Shown here: in pieces, positions 1 to 11,439 of the stretch
Layout: each line of letters opens with the position of its first letter
How positions within the stretch are numbered: the stretch's first letter is position 1
Assembly (NCBI GenBank): GCA_964490105.1
Contig: CAZAZU010000001.1
Coordinates: 710,245 to 774,244 of the forward strand
DNA: 64,000 nucleotides
Reading direction: 5' to 3'
DNA from: an uncultured Gammaproteobacteria bacterium
GTDB lineage: Bacteria > Patescibacteriota > Microgenomatia > Levybacterales > UBA12049
The notes under the pieces: model-generated
What the model saw: the letters and a program-made list of their open reading frames with translations, nothing else
What the model was told of the DNA's origin: nothing
Databases searched by the model: none
Translations under genes and position numbers: made by a program

Positions 1-1038
1 CTATCTACTGCCCTTATTACTCCTGTATCAATTTTAGTTTTAAAAAAATTAAAAATAGTAGATGATCCAAAAGTCAGAAAACACCCGGCTATAATTCACA
101 ATAAGCCTATTCCAAGAGGCGGTGGAATACCGCTTTTTATTGGAACCCTAATTGCTGGAATTATTTTTCTGCCAATCAATCAAATAACAATCGCAATTTA
201 TTTTGCTGCATTTATTTCACTCTTAGTAGGAGCTCTTGACGATAAATTTGATATCTCTCCTTACGTAAGATTTATAGTAAATATTTTCTGCGCAGTGATA
301 GTTGTAGCAGCTGGAGTCAGTGTAAACTTTATTACTAACCCACTCGGAGGAATTCTTTATCTAAACGAACTTCGTCTTCCTATAGAATTCTTAGGGATTG
401 GGATGGTAATTACGCTTTCTCATGTCGTCGCGGTTCTTTGGATAGTTTGGGTGATGAACATGCTTAACTGGAGTAAGGGAGTTGATGGACAAATGCCTGG
501 AATTGTCGCAATCTCTGCAATTTTTATAGGAATTTTAAGCTTAAGGTTTGGTACCGGAGATAGCCTTACGCAGACAACAACTTCTCTTTCATTTATCATT
601 TCAGGAGCGGCTATTGGATTTTTAATCTACAATTTTCATCCTGCAAGAATTTTTCCAGGATATGGTGCTACCGCCATCTATCTTCTTTTAGCTGTAGTTT
701 CAATTTTATCAAGCGCAAAATTAGCGACTGCAATTTTAGTTATGGGAGTTCCTTTAGCAGACGGTGCATTTACAATTGGAAGAAGAATCTTAACTGGTCA
801 TTCTCCATTTTGGCATGATAAAAAACATCTTCACCATCTCCTACTTTCGTCAGGTCTTGGACAAAGACGAATCGCGTTGTTTTACTGGGTAATTTCTGCT
901 ATATTTGGTTCACTTTCCCTAGTTCTTTCAAGTCGCGGCAAAATCTTTGCCATAATAATGCTTGTAATTATCGTAGGAGGAACTTTACTATTTTTAAATT
1001 ATTTAATCAGAAAGAAAAATGGGACGCAAAGCATATAA
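1..1038 (+). CDS. 5'-truncated glycosyltransferase family 4 (WecA/TagO/MraY-like polyprenyl-phosphate HexNAc-1-phosphate transferase)
   Basis: Frame 1 is open from base 1 and in frame with the 295..1038 ORF. The translation has HNKPIPRGGGIPLF and VGALDDKFD motifs typical of GT4 WecA/MraY enzymes, and is polytopic. Confidence 0.7.
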   Translation, partial: LSTALITPVSILVLKKLKIVDDPKVRKHPAIIHNKPIPRGGGIPLFIGTLIAGIIFLPINQITIAIYFAAFISLLVGALDDKFDISPYVRFIVNIFCAVIVVAAGVSVNFITNPLGGILYLNELRLPIEFLGIGMVITLSHVVAVLWIVWVMNMLNWSKGVDGQMPGIVAISAIFIGILSLRFGTGDSLTQTTTSLSFIISGAAIGFLIYNFHPARIFPGYGATAIYLLLAVVSILSSAKLATAILVMGVPLADGAFTIGRRILTGHSPFWHDKKHLHHLLLSSGLGQRRIALFYWVISAIFGSLSLVLSSRGKIFAIIMLVIIVGGTLLFLNYLIRKKNGTQSI

Positions 1039-1966
1039 CATTTTAAGGTTACTTAGGCCTCGTCAGTGGGTTAAAAACTTCGCTATTTTTGCTGCTGTTA
1101 CTTTTACCGGAGAATTATTTAATCCTGTAGCAGTACTCCCTGTAATAGTTGGATTCTTTATTTTCTGTGCTGTTTCATCAGCAACTTACATCATCAATGA
1201 TATTTTTGACATTAAAAATGACAAGATGCATCCTTTTAAAAGATTCAGGCCTCTTGCCCACGGAGATGTAAATGTAAAATTTGCCGGAATACTAGCAGCA
1301 TTTTTAATTGTCGTGTCTCTATCTTTATCGATTTTAGTAAACCCAACCTTCTTCCTATTTATAATAGTATATCTACTCCTTCAAGTTCTTTATTCAAGTG
1401 TCCTAAAAACAATAACAGTAATCGACATTCTTGCAATTGCTGCAGGATACATTCTTAGAGTTTTAGGCGGAGAATTTGCAAGCGGATATCACATTTCAGT
1501 ATGGCTTTTATTAACTACAATTTCTATTTCACTATTCTTAGCTATTGGAAAAAGAAGGTCAGAGCTTACTCTTCTTGCATCTAGTAAAATCGATAATTTA
1601 GCGTCCACCAGAAGAACCTTATCGCACTATTCTGAAAGATTACTTGATGTTTATGCGTCAATCTTTGCGACCAGCACATTTATAGCGTATTCATTATTTA
1701 CATTTCTAGAAAATCCTGAAGGCATACATCTTCCAATTTTCGGAGTTTTTCTGGAAGACATCTTACCGAATTTTTTCCAGAGAAAATGGCTCATGCTTAC
1801 AATCATTCCGGTAGTTTATGGGCTCATGAGATATCTACAGGATATTTATGAAAAACATGAAGGGGAAAGTCCGGAAAAAGTACTGTTTTCAGACAAGCCA
1901 CTTTTAATTACAGTTAGCATTTGGGCTTTAATGGTAATATTCATTATCTACTTTATCGGCACTTAA
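1019..1966 (+). CDS. UbiA-family prenyltransferase, resembling decaprenyl-phosphate phosphoribosyltransferase (DPPR synthase)
   Basis: N-terminal RPRQWVKN motif followed by NDIFDIKNDK (Asp-rich UbiA motif); multi-TM. Overlaps the upstream GT4 gene by 20 nt. Confidence 0.65.
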   Translation: MGRKAYNILRLLRPRQWVKNFAIFAAVTFTGELFNPVAVLPVIVGFFIFCAVSSATYIINDIFDIKNDKMHPFKRFRPLAHGDVNVKFAGILAAFLIVVSLSLSILVNPTFFLFIIVYLLLQVLYSSVLKTITVIDILAIAAGYILRVLGGEFASGYHISVWLLLTTISISLFLAIGKRRSELTLLASSKIDNLASTRRTLSHYSERLLDVYASIFATSTFIAYSLFTFLENPEGIHLPIFGVFLEDILPNFFQRKWLMLTIIPVVYGLMRYLQDIYEKHEGESPEKVLFSDKPLLITVSIWALMVIFIIYFIGT

Positions 1967-2787
1967 TCTTTTGAGGCATAGGTAGCGCTTATCCATCCCA
2001 TTTTTCCGTCTTTAAGTTTTACTTGATACCACCCGTCTTCTTCTCCAATTAAATCCACTTTATCTCCTGGTGAAAGTGTCCCAATTAAATCTGATCCAGC
2101 TGAATTTTGAGATCTTACATTTAATTCTCCCGTCGGTGTATCCAAAACTGTAACCTGAGGAGTAGTGACAGCCGATGCGCTTGCTCTTTGCTCTACTTCT
2201 TTTGCATTAAGCTTTATTCCAAGATTCATAGTTACCTCTAGTCTCTTTCCCAGTACTCCTTTAACTTTTATAACTTTTTCTTTATATCCATCCTTGAGAA
2301 GTTTTATCTCATGATCTGATGCGGTTAGATTAATTAAATATGGAGTCTCTCCTACCGGATTACTATCTAAAATCACACGAGCCTTACTGGGAAATGACAC
2401 CACCATTAATTCAGCTATCTCTTCATCATCAATTGGAGAAAGAGTGATTATACTTCCGCTAGAGGCAGATATATCTTTATCATGAGTTCTATCAACTACT
2501 GTTAAAACACCTTTATAAAGGGTGATTTTCTGCTCAAAGTTTTTAAAGCCTGATTCTACCGGAACTAATTTAATAGTATATTCTCCAACCCTTAAAAGAT
2601 CTTTTAATTCACAAAGACAAAGAGGTGTTTTGCCTACGTAATTTCCATCTAAAAACACTTGGCTTACAGGAACTGATGTTACCTGAAGTGCACCTTTCCC
2701 GGCATCCCTATTTATAACTAGGACTATGAGCAGAAAAAGAATTGTTAAGATAAGAAGAGGAGTCGTAAAAAGAATTAACTTTCGCAT
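1963..2787 (-). CDS. Secreted or membrane-anchored protein with two PEGA-like domains and a C-terminal SH3b-like domain
   Basis: N-terminal hydrophobic segment. Has VPVSQVFLDGNYVGKTPL and ARVILDSNPVGETPYLI (PEGA pattern) and a C-terminal GDKVDLIGEEDGWYQVKLKDGKMGWI (SH3b-like). Confidence 0.55.
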   Translation of the reverse strand: MRKLILFTTPLLILTILFLLIVLVINRDAGKGALQVTSVPVSQVFLDGNYVGKTPLCLCELKDLLRVGEYTIKLVPVESGFKNFEQKITLYKGVLTVVDRTHDKDISASSGSIITLSPIDDEEIAELMVVSFPSKARVILDSNPVGETPYLINLTASDHEIKLLKDGYKEKVIKVKGVLGKRLEVTMNLGIKLNAKEVEQRASASAVTTPQVTVLDTPTGELNVRSQNSAGSDLIGTLSPGDKVDLIGEEDGWYQVKLKDGKMGWISATYASKD

Positions 2788-2839
2788 ATAGAAATTAAAT
2801 ATAACACAGCACAGGTTGATAGAAAAGTAAAATCGATTA

Positions 2840-2867
2840 TTGACTTATGCTTTTCTCTAACTATAAT
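2840..2867 (+). promoter_or_regulatory. Sigma-70-like promoter for pyrF-pyrE (TTGACT, 16 nt spacer, TATAAT)
   Basis: Consensus -35 at 2840-2845 and -10 at 2862-2867. The ORF-track ATG at 2847 lies inside the spacer, so the real start is probably the ATG at 2886. Confidence 0.45.
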
Positions 2868-2885
2868 GATTTTATTGCCCGCTAT

Positions 2886-3737
2886 ATGGCGAAAAAAATA
2901 TCTACCTCTAAATTCGTCAAAAAACTTGAAAATAAATGGAATGAAAATAAGTTTGTTTCTGTAGGACTTGACCCCATAAGAGAAAAGCTACCCCCACATA
3001 TTACAAAGAAATATAAAACAATTGATGAACAATTTTTTCAATTCAATAAAACGCTTATCGACGAAACGTATGATCTAGTTGCGGCTTACAAACCTCAAAT
3101 TGCACACTATGAAGAACAGGGACTAGCTGGTTGGAAAGCACTGGAAAAAACTATTAATTATCTCCATAAAAAACATCCGGATATCTTAACAATCATCGAT
3201 GCGAAAAGAGCAGATATAGGAAGCACTAATGATTCATATGCCAAAGCATTTTTTGATAATTTAGGCTTTGATGCGATAACGGTAAATCCTTATTTTGGGA
3301 AAGAAGCCTTAAGAAGTTTTTTAAATTATGAAAATAAAGGAATAATAATTTTAGTGAGAACTTCAAACCCTGGATCAGGAGAATTTCAAGATATTAAGAA
3401 TAAAAGCGGCGAACCACTTTACATGTCTGTTGCAAAAAATGTTTCTAAAACTTGGAATACAAACGGCAATTGCGCAATTGTAGTTGGCGCTACATATCCA
3501 AAGGAACTAGCAAGTATTAGAAAAGCGGTTGGAGACATACCAATTCTTATTCCTGGGATTGGTGCCCAAGGTGGAGATGTGGAAAAAACTGTAAGAGCTG
3601 GAAAAAATTCTAAAAACCAGGGGATGATAATTCACTCCTCCCGTGCTATTATATTTGCGAGCAATGGCACTGATTTCGCTATAGTAGCGCGACAAAAAAC
3701 GATTGAACTAAATACAGAAATTATTAAATATCTATGA
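2886..3737 (+). CDS. pyrF: Orotidine 5'-phosphate decarboxylase (type 2)
   Basis: VGLDP, DAKRADIGST and TVNPYFG motifs. Start moved to MAKKIS downstream of the promoter. Adjacent to pyrE. Confidence 0.8.
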   Translation: MAKKISTSKFVKKLENKWNENKFVSVGLDPIREKLPPHITKKYKTIDEQFFQFNKTLIDETYDLVAAYKPQIAHYEEQGLAGWKALEKTINYLHKKHPDILTIIDAKRADIGSTNDSYAKAFFDNLGFDAITVNPYFGKEALRSFLNYENKGIIILVRTSNPGSGEFQDIKNKSGEPLYMSVAKNVSKTWNTNGNCAIVVGATYPKELASIRKAVGDIPILIPGIGAQGGDVEKTVRAGKNSKNQGMIIHSSRAIIFASNGTDFAIVARQKTIELNTEIIKYL

Positions 3738-4369
3738 AAAGAGAAGAAAAAGTAAAAAAGATTTTAGCTAAAGCAAATGCAGTTTTAACTGACGGACATT
3801 TTGTTTATGTATCTGCAAAACACGGTGACAAATATATAAATAAAGACGCCATATATCCTCACACAAAATTAGTTAGAGAACTTGCAAGAATGTGGGCTGA
3901 AGATTTTAAAAAGTCAGAAGTAGAGGTAGTAGTAGGACCTGCAATGGGTGGAGTTATTTTATCTCATGATGCAGCTGATGAACTATCTAAGCTTCTTAAA
4001 AAAGATATTCCTGGAGTTTATGCAGAAAAAGACGGTGAGGGAGGTTTTACTTTTACCAGAGGATATGACGCTTTTGTAAAAGGGAAAAAAGTTTTAGTTG
4101 TTGAGGATATTTTAACAACTGGCGGAAGTGTGAAAAAAGTTATAGAGATGACTAAAAAAGCAGGAGGAAAAGTAGTGGGCCTTGGAGTAATCGCAAATAG
4201 AGGAAACGTAAAAGCACGTGACGTAGGAGTTAAAAAAATTAACGCACTTATTAATTTAGAATTTAATGCAATGGATCCAAAAGACTGTACGCTTTGTAAA
4301 AATAAAGTCCCAGTAAATACGAATGTGGGCAAAGGTAAACTCTTCCTCGCAGGTAAAAAAATCACCTAA
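3734..4369 (+). CDS. pyrE: Orotate phosphoribosyltransferase
   Basis: PRTase motif VLVVEDILTTGGS; 4-nt overlap with pyrF. Confidence 0.8.
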   Translation: MKREEKVKKILAKANAVLTDGHFVYVSAKHGDKYINKDAIYPHTKLVRELARMWAEDFKKSEVEVVVGPAMGGVILSHDAADELSKLLKKDIPGVYAEKDGEGGFTFTRGYDAFVKGKKVLVVEDILTTGGSVKKVIEMTKKAGGKVVGLGVIANRGNVKARDVGVKKINALINLEFNAMDPKDCTLCKNKVPVNTNVGKGKLFLAGKKIT

Positions 4370-4374
4370 TTATT

Positions 4375-4596
4375 TTATAAGGTTGTTGTTGAAGTTGAAA
4401 CTCCAGATGCCGTACCGCTAGAAATAGTCACCACGGTAAGCATATTACTATTGTAGTTTTTCTCAGGAAGATCATCATGGCTCTTTCCTAAAATTGCCAA
4501 ACAAACTTCGCATGCAACCATAATTGTCATAATTGCGTTTACTCGGGATATCAATATTGTATTTAGAGGCTTATTACAATGAAGGCAGAATTTCAT
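4375..4596 (-). CDS. Hypothetical small protein with CxxC...CxxC (zinc-ribbon-like) spacing
   Basis: ATG lies 1 nt after the groEL stop (TAAAATG). Contains CLHC and CEVC pairs. Low-complexity S/T tail; no family recognised. Confidence 0.3.
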   Translation of the reverse strand: MKFCLHCNKPLNTILISRVNAIMTIMVACEVCLAILGKSHDDLPEKNYNSNMLTVVTISSGTASGVSTSTTTL

Positions 4597-4597
4597 T

Positions 4598-6536
<1,939 letters not shown>

Positions 6537-6576
6537 AAACAAAACAAAAATATCAGTCGGATATTTTGTCTGCTAA

Positions 6577-6605
6577 TTTATACAACAAAATTTTTAGTCT
6601 GTCAA
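6577..6605 (-). promoter_or_regulatory. groESL promoter (TTGACA, 17 nt spacer, TATAAA) on the minus strand
   Basis: Reverse complement reads ttgacagactaaaaattttgttgtataaat; no CIRCE inverted repeat is present. Confidence 0.45.
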
Positions 6606-6620
6606 TACCCCACAGGGTAT
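6605..6620. promoter_or_regulatory. Perfect 16-bp palindrome ATACCCCACAGGGTAT abutting the groES -35
   Basis: Read directly; relatively GC-rich in an AT-rich intergenic region. Candidate operator. Confidence 0.4.
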
Positions 6621-6687
6621 AAAAAATTTTATTCCAGCCTCCTTAGGGTTGACACATAATTCTCTCTTGATATACGATTAAGTTACA

Positions 6688-7866
6688 TTGCCAAGTATAG
6701 GTCTAAGTAAACCAACATTCTCGAAAAAGAAACTCCTTTTGCTAGGATTTTTACTGGTGATCCTCTTGGTAATACCAGTAACTGTATTTTTAGTACAACA
6801 GCAGCAGAATTTACAGAGCCAAGCTAACCCAAACACCACTCTTTCATTTGTGCCCCCTGATAAAACAGCATCCGTTGGAGAAAAAATAGATTTTGACATA
6901 TGGATTTCTCCGGGGAATAATCAAGTAAACTTCGTAAAGCTTGTTATAAAGTTTGATGCTACGAAACTCTCAACCAAAAAAGAATACTTCGAGCTAAATC
7001 GTGCATCCAATTTATCCGTAATTGAAGGACCAATAATAGGTGACGACGGAGACAGCATATCGGTAATTCTTTCTGTGGAAAATGACCCGACTAAAGTAAT
7101 TCGAGCAGATACAAAAATTGGAACTATAAGCTTTGATACTTTGGAAGCTGCTGATCCGCCAACTCAGATAGCTTTTGATGATCAGCAGGTGCAAATCCGC
7201 TCTATTAATGGAGCAAATCAGGATGCATTTAATGAAAATGTATTCCTAAATGGAACTCCAGCGACTGTTACTATACAAGGAGACGCTGATGTGACTCCAG
7301 ACCCAGATGCGACATTAACTCCCAGAGCTACGTTAACGCCAACAATTACTCTCGCTGCTACTTTCACACCTACCCCTACCTCAACTAACTCCGGTGAAGG
7401 ATCTTCTCCTGCAACCAATCAAGCTCCGGTTTGCGAAAGCCTGATTACAGACAGAAGCACAGATGGCACAGCTCCTCTATCGCTTACTTTTACAGCTGCT
7501 GGATCTGATACTGATGGAACTATAAGTAAAGTCACGTTTAGTTTTGGTGATGGAACAGTTGAAGACGTAACTACAGGTGGCGGAATCGGCACTGACACTG
7601 TAAACGTTCAAAAATCATTCACATATAATAATGCAAATAGTTTCACTGCATCTGCTCTTATGACTGACGACAGCGGAGAAGTAAGTAGCGATAGTACTTC
7701 TTGTGCGGTAACTGTAACTGTGTCTGATGGGGACGGATCTGGATCAACAGTAGATAGCGGCGGCGCTACGGTAGCACCAACTGGACCAACTGAAACGATA
7801 TTTGGAATTGGAGCAATCGGTGGACTACTATTCATAGTCGGAGCTCTCCTCTTCTTCGCCCTATAA
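6688..7866 (+). CDS. Cell-surface protein with N-terminal TM/signal, Thr/Pro-rich linker, PKD-like module and C-terminal hydrophobic anchor
   Basis: TTG start about 12 nt after a TTGACA/TATACG promoter. Has TPTITLAATFTPTPTSTN linker, FSFGDGTVEDVTT (PKD-like) and a C-terminal VAPTGPTETIFGIGAIGGLLFIVGALLFFAL. Confidence 0.6.
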   Translation: MPSIGLSKPTFSKKKLLLLGFLLVILLVIPVTVFLVQQQQNLQSQANPNTTLSFVPPDKTASVGEKIDFDIWISPGNNQVNFVKLVIKFDATKLSTKKEYFELNRASNLSVIEGPIIGDDGDSISVILSVENDPTKVIRADTKIGTISFDTLEAADPPTQIAFDDQQVQIRSINGANQDAFNENVFLNGTPATVTIQGDADVTPDPDATLTPRATLTPTITLAATFTPTPTSTNSGEGSSPATNQAPVCESLITDRSTDGTAPLSLTFTAAGSDTDGTISKVTFSFGDGTVEDVTTGGGIGTDTVNVQKSFTYNNANSFTASALMTDDSGEVSSDSTSCAVTVTVSDGDGSGSTVDSGGATVAPTGPTETIFGIGAIGGLLFIVGALLFFAL

Positions 7867-7900
7867 AAAGGTCATGATATTCCCGTGCACTTAAGACAAA

Positions 7901-9637
7901 CTATTTTTCAATGAGGGAAAAGAGGACTTCTTGAGGGATGCTAACTTTTCCGGTTTCTGTCATTCTTTCTTTTCCCCTCTTCTGCGCTTCCAAAAGTTTT
8001 TTCTTTCGAGTGACATCTCCTCCGCCAACAACCTTGCTACCATGCATCAAAACATCTTTTTTGTAAGCAGAAATTTCTTCTCGGGCAATAATATTTCCAC
8101 CAATTATAGCTTGGATGACTTGTCTAAATTGCTGACGAGGAAGCTTTTCTTTTAATTTTTCTGCTTTTTCCCTAGCTATGTAAGGCGCCTCATCACGATA
8201 AGCATATTCACTTAAAACATCCACCGGGACATCGTTAATTCTTATTTCTATATTTACTAAATCTGCTGGTCTATAATCTGAAATTTCATAATCTATACTC
8301 GCATACCCCGAAGTGGTGGATTTAAGATCTGAAGATAACCCGCGAACTAACATAGAGTAAGGCATGTCATATTTTAGAATTGCACTACTTTGGAAATAAG
8401 TAACATCTAACATATTTCCTTTTCTCTGCTGACAAACTGAAATAACACTACCCACATAACTAGAAGGCACAAAAATAGTTAAATTCATATAAGGCTCAAG
8501 CATATCCCCGTTTTCTTTTTTCTCATATAAAACCTGGGGTGAAGTTAAAAACAAATCTACATTTTCTTCTTCCTTAAGTCTTTGTCTAACTATATCTGCA
8601 TGCAAAAGTCCCAAAAATCCTACTCTAAATCCATTTCCCAAAAATGAAGAATACTCAGTAGCGATAGTAATAGAAGTATCATTAAGTGCATATTTATTTA
8701 AACCTTCTTTTAGATTTACTAACTCATCAGTTGTTTTTGGATAAACTCCAAAAAAAACCATAGGCTGAGGTTTTTTATATCCGGGAAGAGGCTCAACTCC
8801 CGCAGAAACTAAACAAATCGTATCTCCCACTTGAGTCTCGTGGATATCTTTAATTCCCGTCACGATGTAGCCGATCTCCCCAGCGATTAATTCATTTCGA
8901 GGAGTCATAAGAGGCGTAAAGCATCCTATTTCTGAAGCGCCAGTTGTTTTTTCACTTTGGAAAAAAGTAATTTTTCCATTCTTAGGAAGCGTACCATCAA
9001 CAACACGAACATAAACAATAACCCCCCGATGCTCATCATATAAAGCATCAAATATTAAAGCTCTAAGCGGAGAATCCGTTAAACCTTTGGGTGGTGGAAT
9101 TTTCTCAACAACCGCTTTTAAAAGCTCTGGAACATTTTGACCTGTCTTTGCTGATATATAAATTATCTCGTCTTTGTTTATTCCAAAAATTTCCTCAAGT
9201 TCTTTTACAACTTCTTCAGTTTTTGAACTTTGAAGATCAATTTTATTTATTACTGGAATAATAGTTAACCCTTCTTTTTGTGCTGCAAAAAAATGTGCTA
9301 CAGTTTGGGCTTGTACACCTTGCGTTGCATCAACCAATAATATCGCGCCTTCACATGCAGCTAAAGTACGACTTACTTCATAGGAAAAATCTACGTGACC
9401 AGGTGTGTCAATAAGATTTAAAACATAATCTTTTCCGTCAAGATTATAGTTCATCCTAACTGGAGCGAGTTTTATAGTTATACCGCGGGCTTTCTCAATT
9501 GGATTTGTATCAAGATACTGCTCGCCGATTTTACTTAGAGTCATAGTTTTTGTTAACTCCAAAAATCTATCAGCAAGAGTCGATTTGCCATGATCGACAT
9601 GAGCGATGATTGCGAAATTTCTAATGTTTGAATTCAT
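7901..9637 (-). CDS. lepA: Elongation factor 4 (LepA)
   Basis: NIRNFAIIAHVDHGKSTLADR G1 motif and full-length GTPase; start placed at the ATG (MNSNIRNF), where the ORF track uses an upstream TTG. Confidence 0.93.
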   Translation of the reverse strand: MNSNIRNFAIIAHVDHGKSTLADRFLELTKTMTLSKIGEQYLDTNPIEKARGITIKLAPVRMNYNLDGKDYVLNLIDTPGHVDFSYEVSRTLAACEGAILLVDATQGVQAQTVAHFFAAQKEGLTIIPVINKIDLQSSKTEEVVKELEEIFGINKDEIIYISAKTGQNVPELLKAVVEKIPPPKGLTDSPLRALIFDALYDEHRGVIVYVRVVDGTLPKNGKITFFQSEKTTGASEIGCFTPLMTPRNELIAGEIGYIVTGIKDIHETQVGDTICLVSAGVEPLPGYKKPQPMVFFGVYPKTTDELVNLKEGLNKYALNDTSITIATEYSSFLGNGFRVGFLGLLHADIVRQRLKEEENVDLFLTSPQVLYEKKENGDMLEPYMNLTIFVPSSYVGSVISVCQQRKGNMLDVTYFQSSAILKYDMPYSMLVRGLSSDLKSTTSGYASIDYEISDYRPADLVNIEIRINDVPVDVLSEYAYRDEAPYIAREKAEKLKEKLPRQQFRQVIQAIIGGNIIAREEISAYKKDVLMHGSKVVGGGDVTRKKKLLEAQKRGKERMTETGKVSIPQEVLFSLIEK

Positions 9638-9674
9638 AGTCTGCAAGTATAAACGGCCTACGAGGCAAAAGCAA

Positions 9675-11387
9675 TTATTGACTAGCCTTCACGTCAATAA
9701 TTTTTTCACTTTTATCTACTAACTCCTTATAACCACTAAGCCTTCTAAACATATATAAAAATGTTTCTGCTTCTTTTACATTTAGTAGCCACGTTAAGAA
9801 TAGGTAAATTGAAAGACCAGCAATACTTGAAATTCCGGTTAGAGCAATTAGATTTACAGTTTTTGTGGTATCGAAAACTAATTGGTCTAAAAGTTTTATG
9901 GGTATATATAGAGCAAAACCCATAAATATTACTGCCAGAAATATTTTTACCTGTGGGATCCAAAAATCTTTCAAATTAAATATTTTTATTCTTCTATTTA
10001 AAAGATAAAGAAGTACGCTTAGATTAATAAATCCTCCGATTGATATCGCAAATGCAATTCCCTCTACACCAAATGGAATTATTTTAAATCTTCCGTATGA
10101 ATCAGCGAGACTTACTAAATTCGTATTCCAATATGTTACAAAAAAGAAGCTTAAAATAAGCATTATGACAGTAGAAATAGCTCCGACAATTAAGGGACTT
10201 TTCGTATCGTGAAGTGCATAAAAAGCACGGGATACTAAATATATTAAAGCTTGCGCAAAAATAGCGAATGCAAAAAAAGCGAGTGTTCTTCCAGTTAGAA
10301 CTGTTGCTTCCCAGTCAAATCTTGCAGCTCCAAAAATAAGTCTTACGATTGGAATTCTTAGCACTATAAACAAAACTGAAACAGGAAGCACAAGATATAG
10401 CATTTGATTATAGCTTGTTAAAAAAGTAGTTCTAAAAATATCTAATCTATCTTTTTCGCGCGAAAGAACCGGAAAAGCGGCCTGAGCGATTGACTGACCA
10501 AACAAAACGATTGGCGCAAATGCCAAAGTCTGAGCAAAGTCTAAAATAACATAATTTCTTCCAGCTGACGGAAGAAATGAAATTAATGAAACTGTTATCA
10601 GAGTCCCAATTTGAAAAATAAATAACGACAAGCTTCTCGGCCAAATAAGTTTTAAGACATCTTTTACACCAACAGTATTTAATGAAAATGTAGGACGGAA
10701 TGAAAAATGGACTCTTCTTATTAAGGGTATTTGAAAAAGTGCGTAAGAAAGTGCACCTATTATAACTCCAACAGCTGGAGCATAAATTCCAATTTTATCT
10801 GAAAATAAAATAATTCCGATAATTATTCCTAAGTTGTATAGAGCTGCTGCAATTCCTGGGATAAAAAAATGATTATGAGACTGAAGAATTGCTGAGAAGA
10901 AAGTAGCTACTAAAAAAATAATTTGTCCGAAAATAATTACCCTCATCAAATTTGTCATGAGTGTCATTTGGTCCGGTGGATATCCGGATCCTAAATTAAA
11001 TAGCTGAAGAAATATTGGAGCAAATATAAATAATATTACCGAGACGACACCAAAAAACGTAAATCCCAATAGCATTAATGTGGATGCCATTTTATTTGCA
11101 TCCGTTTCTTTTCCTTTATGAAGCAGGTCTGCAAAGACTGGGATAAATGCTGAAGAAAGTGCACCTGCAATTATGAGCTGGAACAAGAAATCTGGAAGCT
11201 TTGATGAGACCAAATAGACTCCTAAAGTATCTGATGCACCAAAAATTCCAGCTAGTAAGCGCTGCCTGAAAAGACCTAATACCTGAGAAAGAATCACAGT
11301 CGCCATCAAAACAAGCGCAGCTGAGAGAATGTTTGTCTGTTTTTTTAAAAGAAGAGAAAGACCTTTTTGGAAAAAACGTAAAGGCAT
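9675..11387 (-). CDS. murJ: Lipid II flippase MurJ/MviN
   Basis: About 14 TM segments; N-terminal LLAGIFGASDTLGVYLVSSKLPDFLFQL matches MurJ. Confidence 0.85.
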   Translation of the reverse strand: MPLRFFQKGLSLLLKKQTNILSAALVLMATVILSQVLGLFRQRLLAGIFGASDTLGVYLVSSKLPDFLFQLIIAGALSSAFIPVFADLLHKGKETDANKMASTLMLLGFTFFGVVSVILFIFAPIFLQLFNLGSGYPPDQMTLMTNLMRVIIFGQIIFLVATFFSAILQSHNHFFIPGIAAALYNLGIIIGIILFSDKIGIYAPAVGVIIGALSYALFQIPLIRRVHFSFRPTFSLNTVGVKDVLKLIWPRSLSLFIFQIGTLITVSLISFLPSAGRNYVILDFAQTLAFAPIVLFGQSIAQAAFPVLSREKDRLDIFRTTFLTSYNQMLYLVLPVSVLFIVLRIPIVRLIFGAARFDWEATVLTGRTLAFFAFAIFAQALIYLVSRAFYALHDTKSPLIVGAISTVIMLILSFFFVTYWNTNLVSLADSYGRFKIIPFGVEGIAFAISIGGFINLSVLLYLLNRRIKIFNLKDFWIPQVKIFLAVIFMGFALYIPIKLLDQLVFDTTKTVNLIALTGISSIAGLSIYLFLTWLLNVKEAETFLYMFRRLSGYKELVDKSEKIIDVKASQ

Positions 11388-11439
11388 AAAAAGAGCAAAT
11401 TAGCTTGCGAATATCAGTATATCATGCTAAAATGCGTGC

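Noticed and set aside
6543-6687. CIRCE/HrcA operator upstream of groES
   Set aside because: Searched both strands for TTAGCACTC-N9-GAGTGCTAA; only the unrelated pair ctgctaa/ttagtct in the wrong order is present.
7218-7835. Minus-strand ORFs 7218..7418 and 7608..7835 (V/G/A-rich)
   Set aside because: Antisense to the Thr/Pro-rich region of the surface-protein gene; repetitive-codon artefacts.
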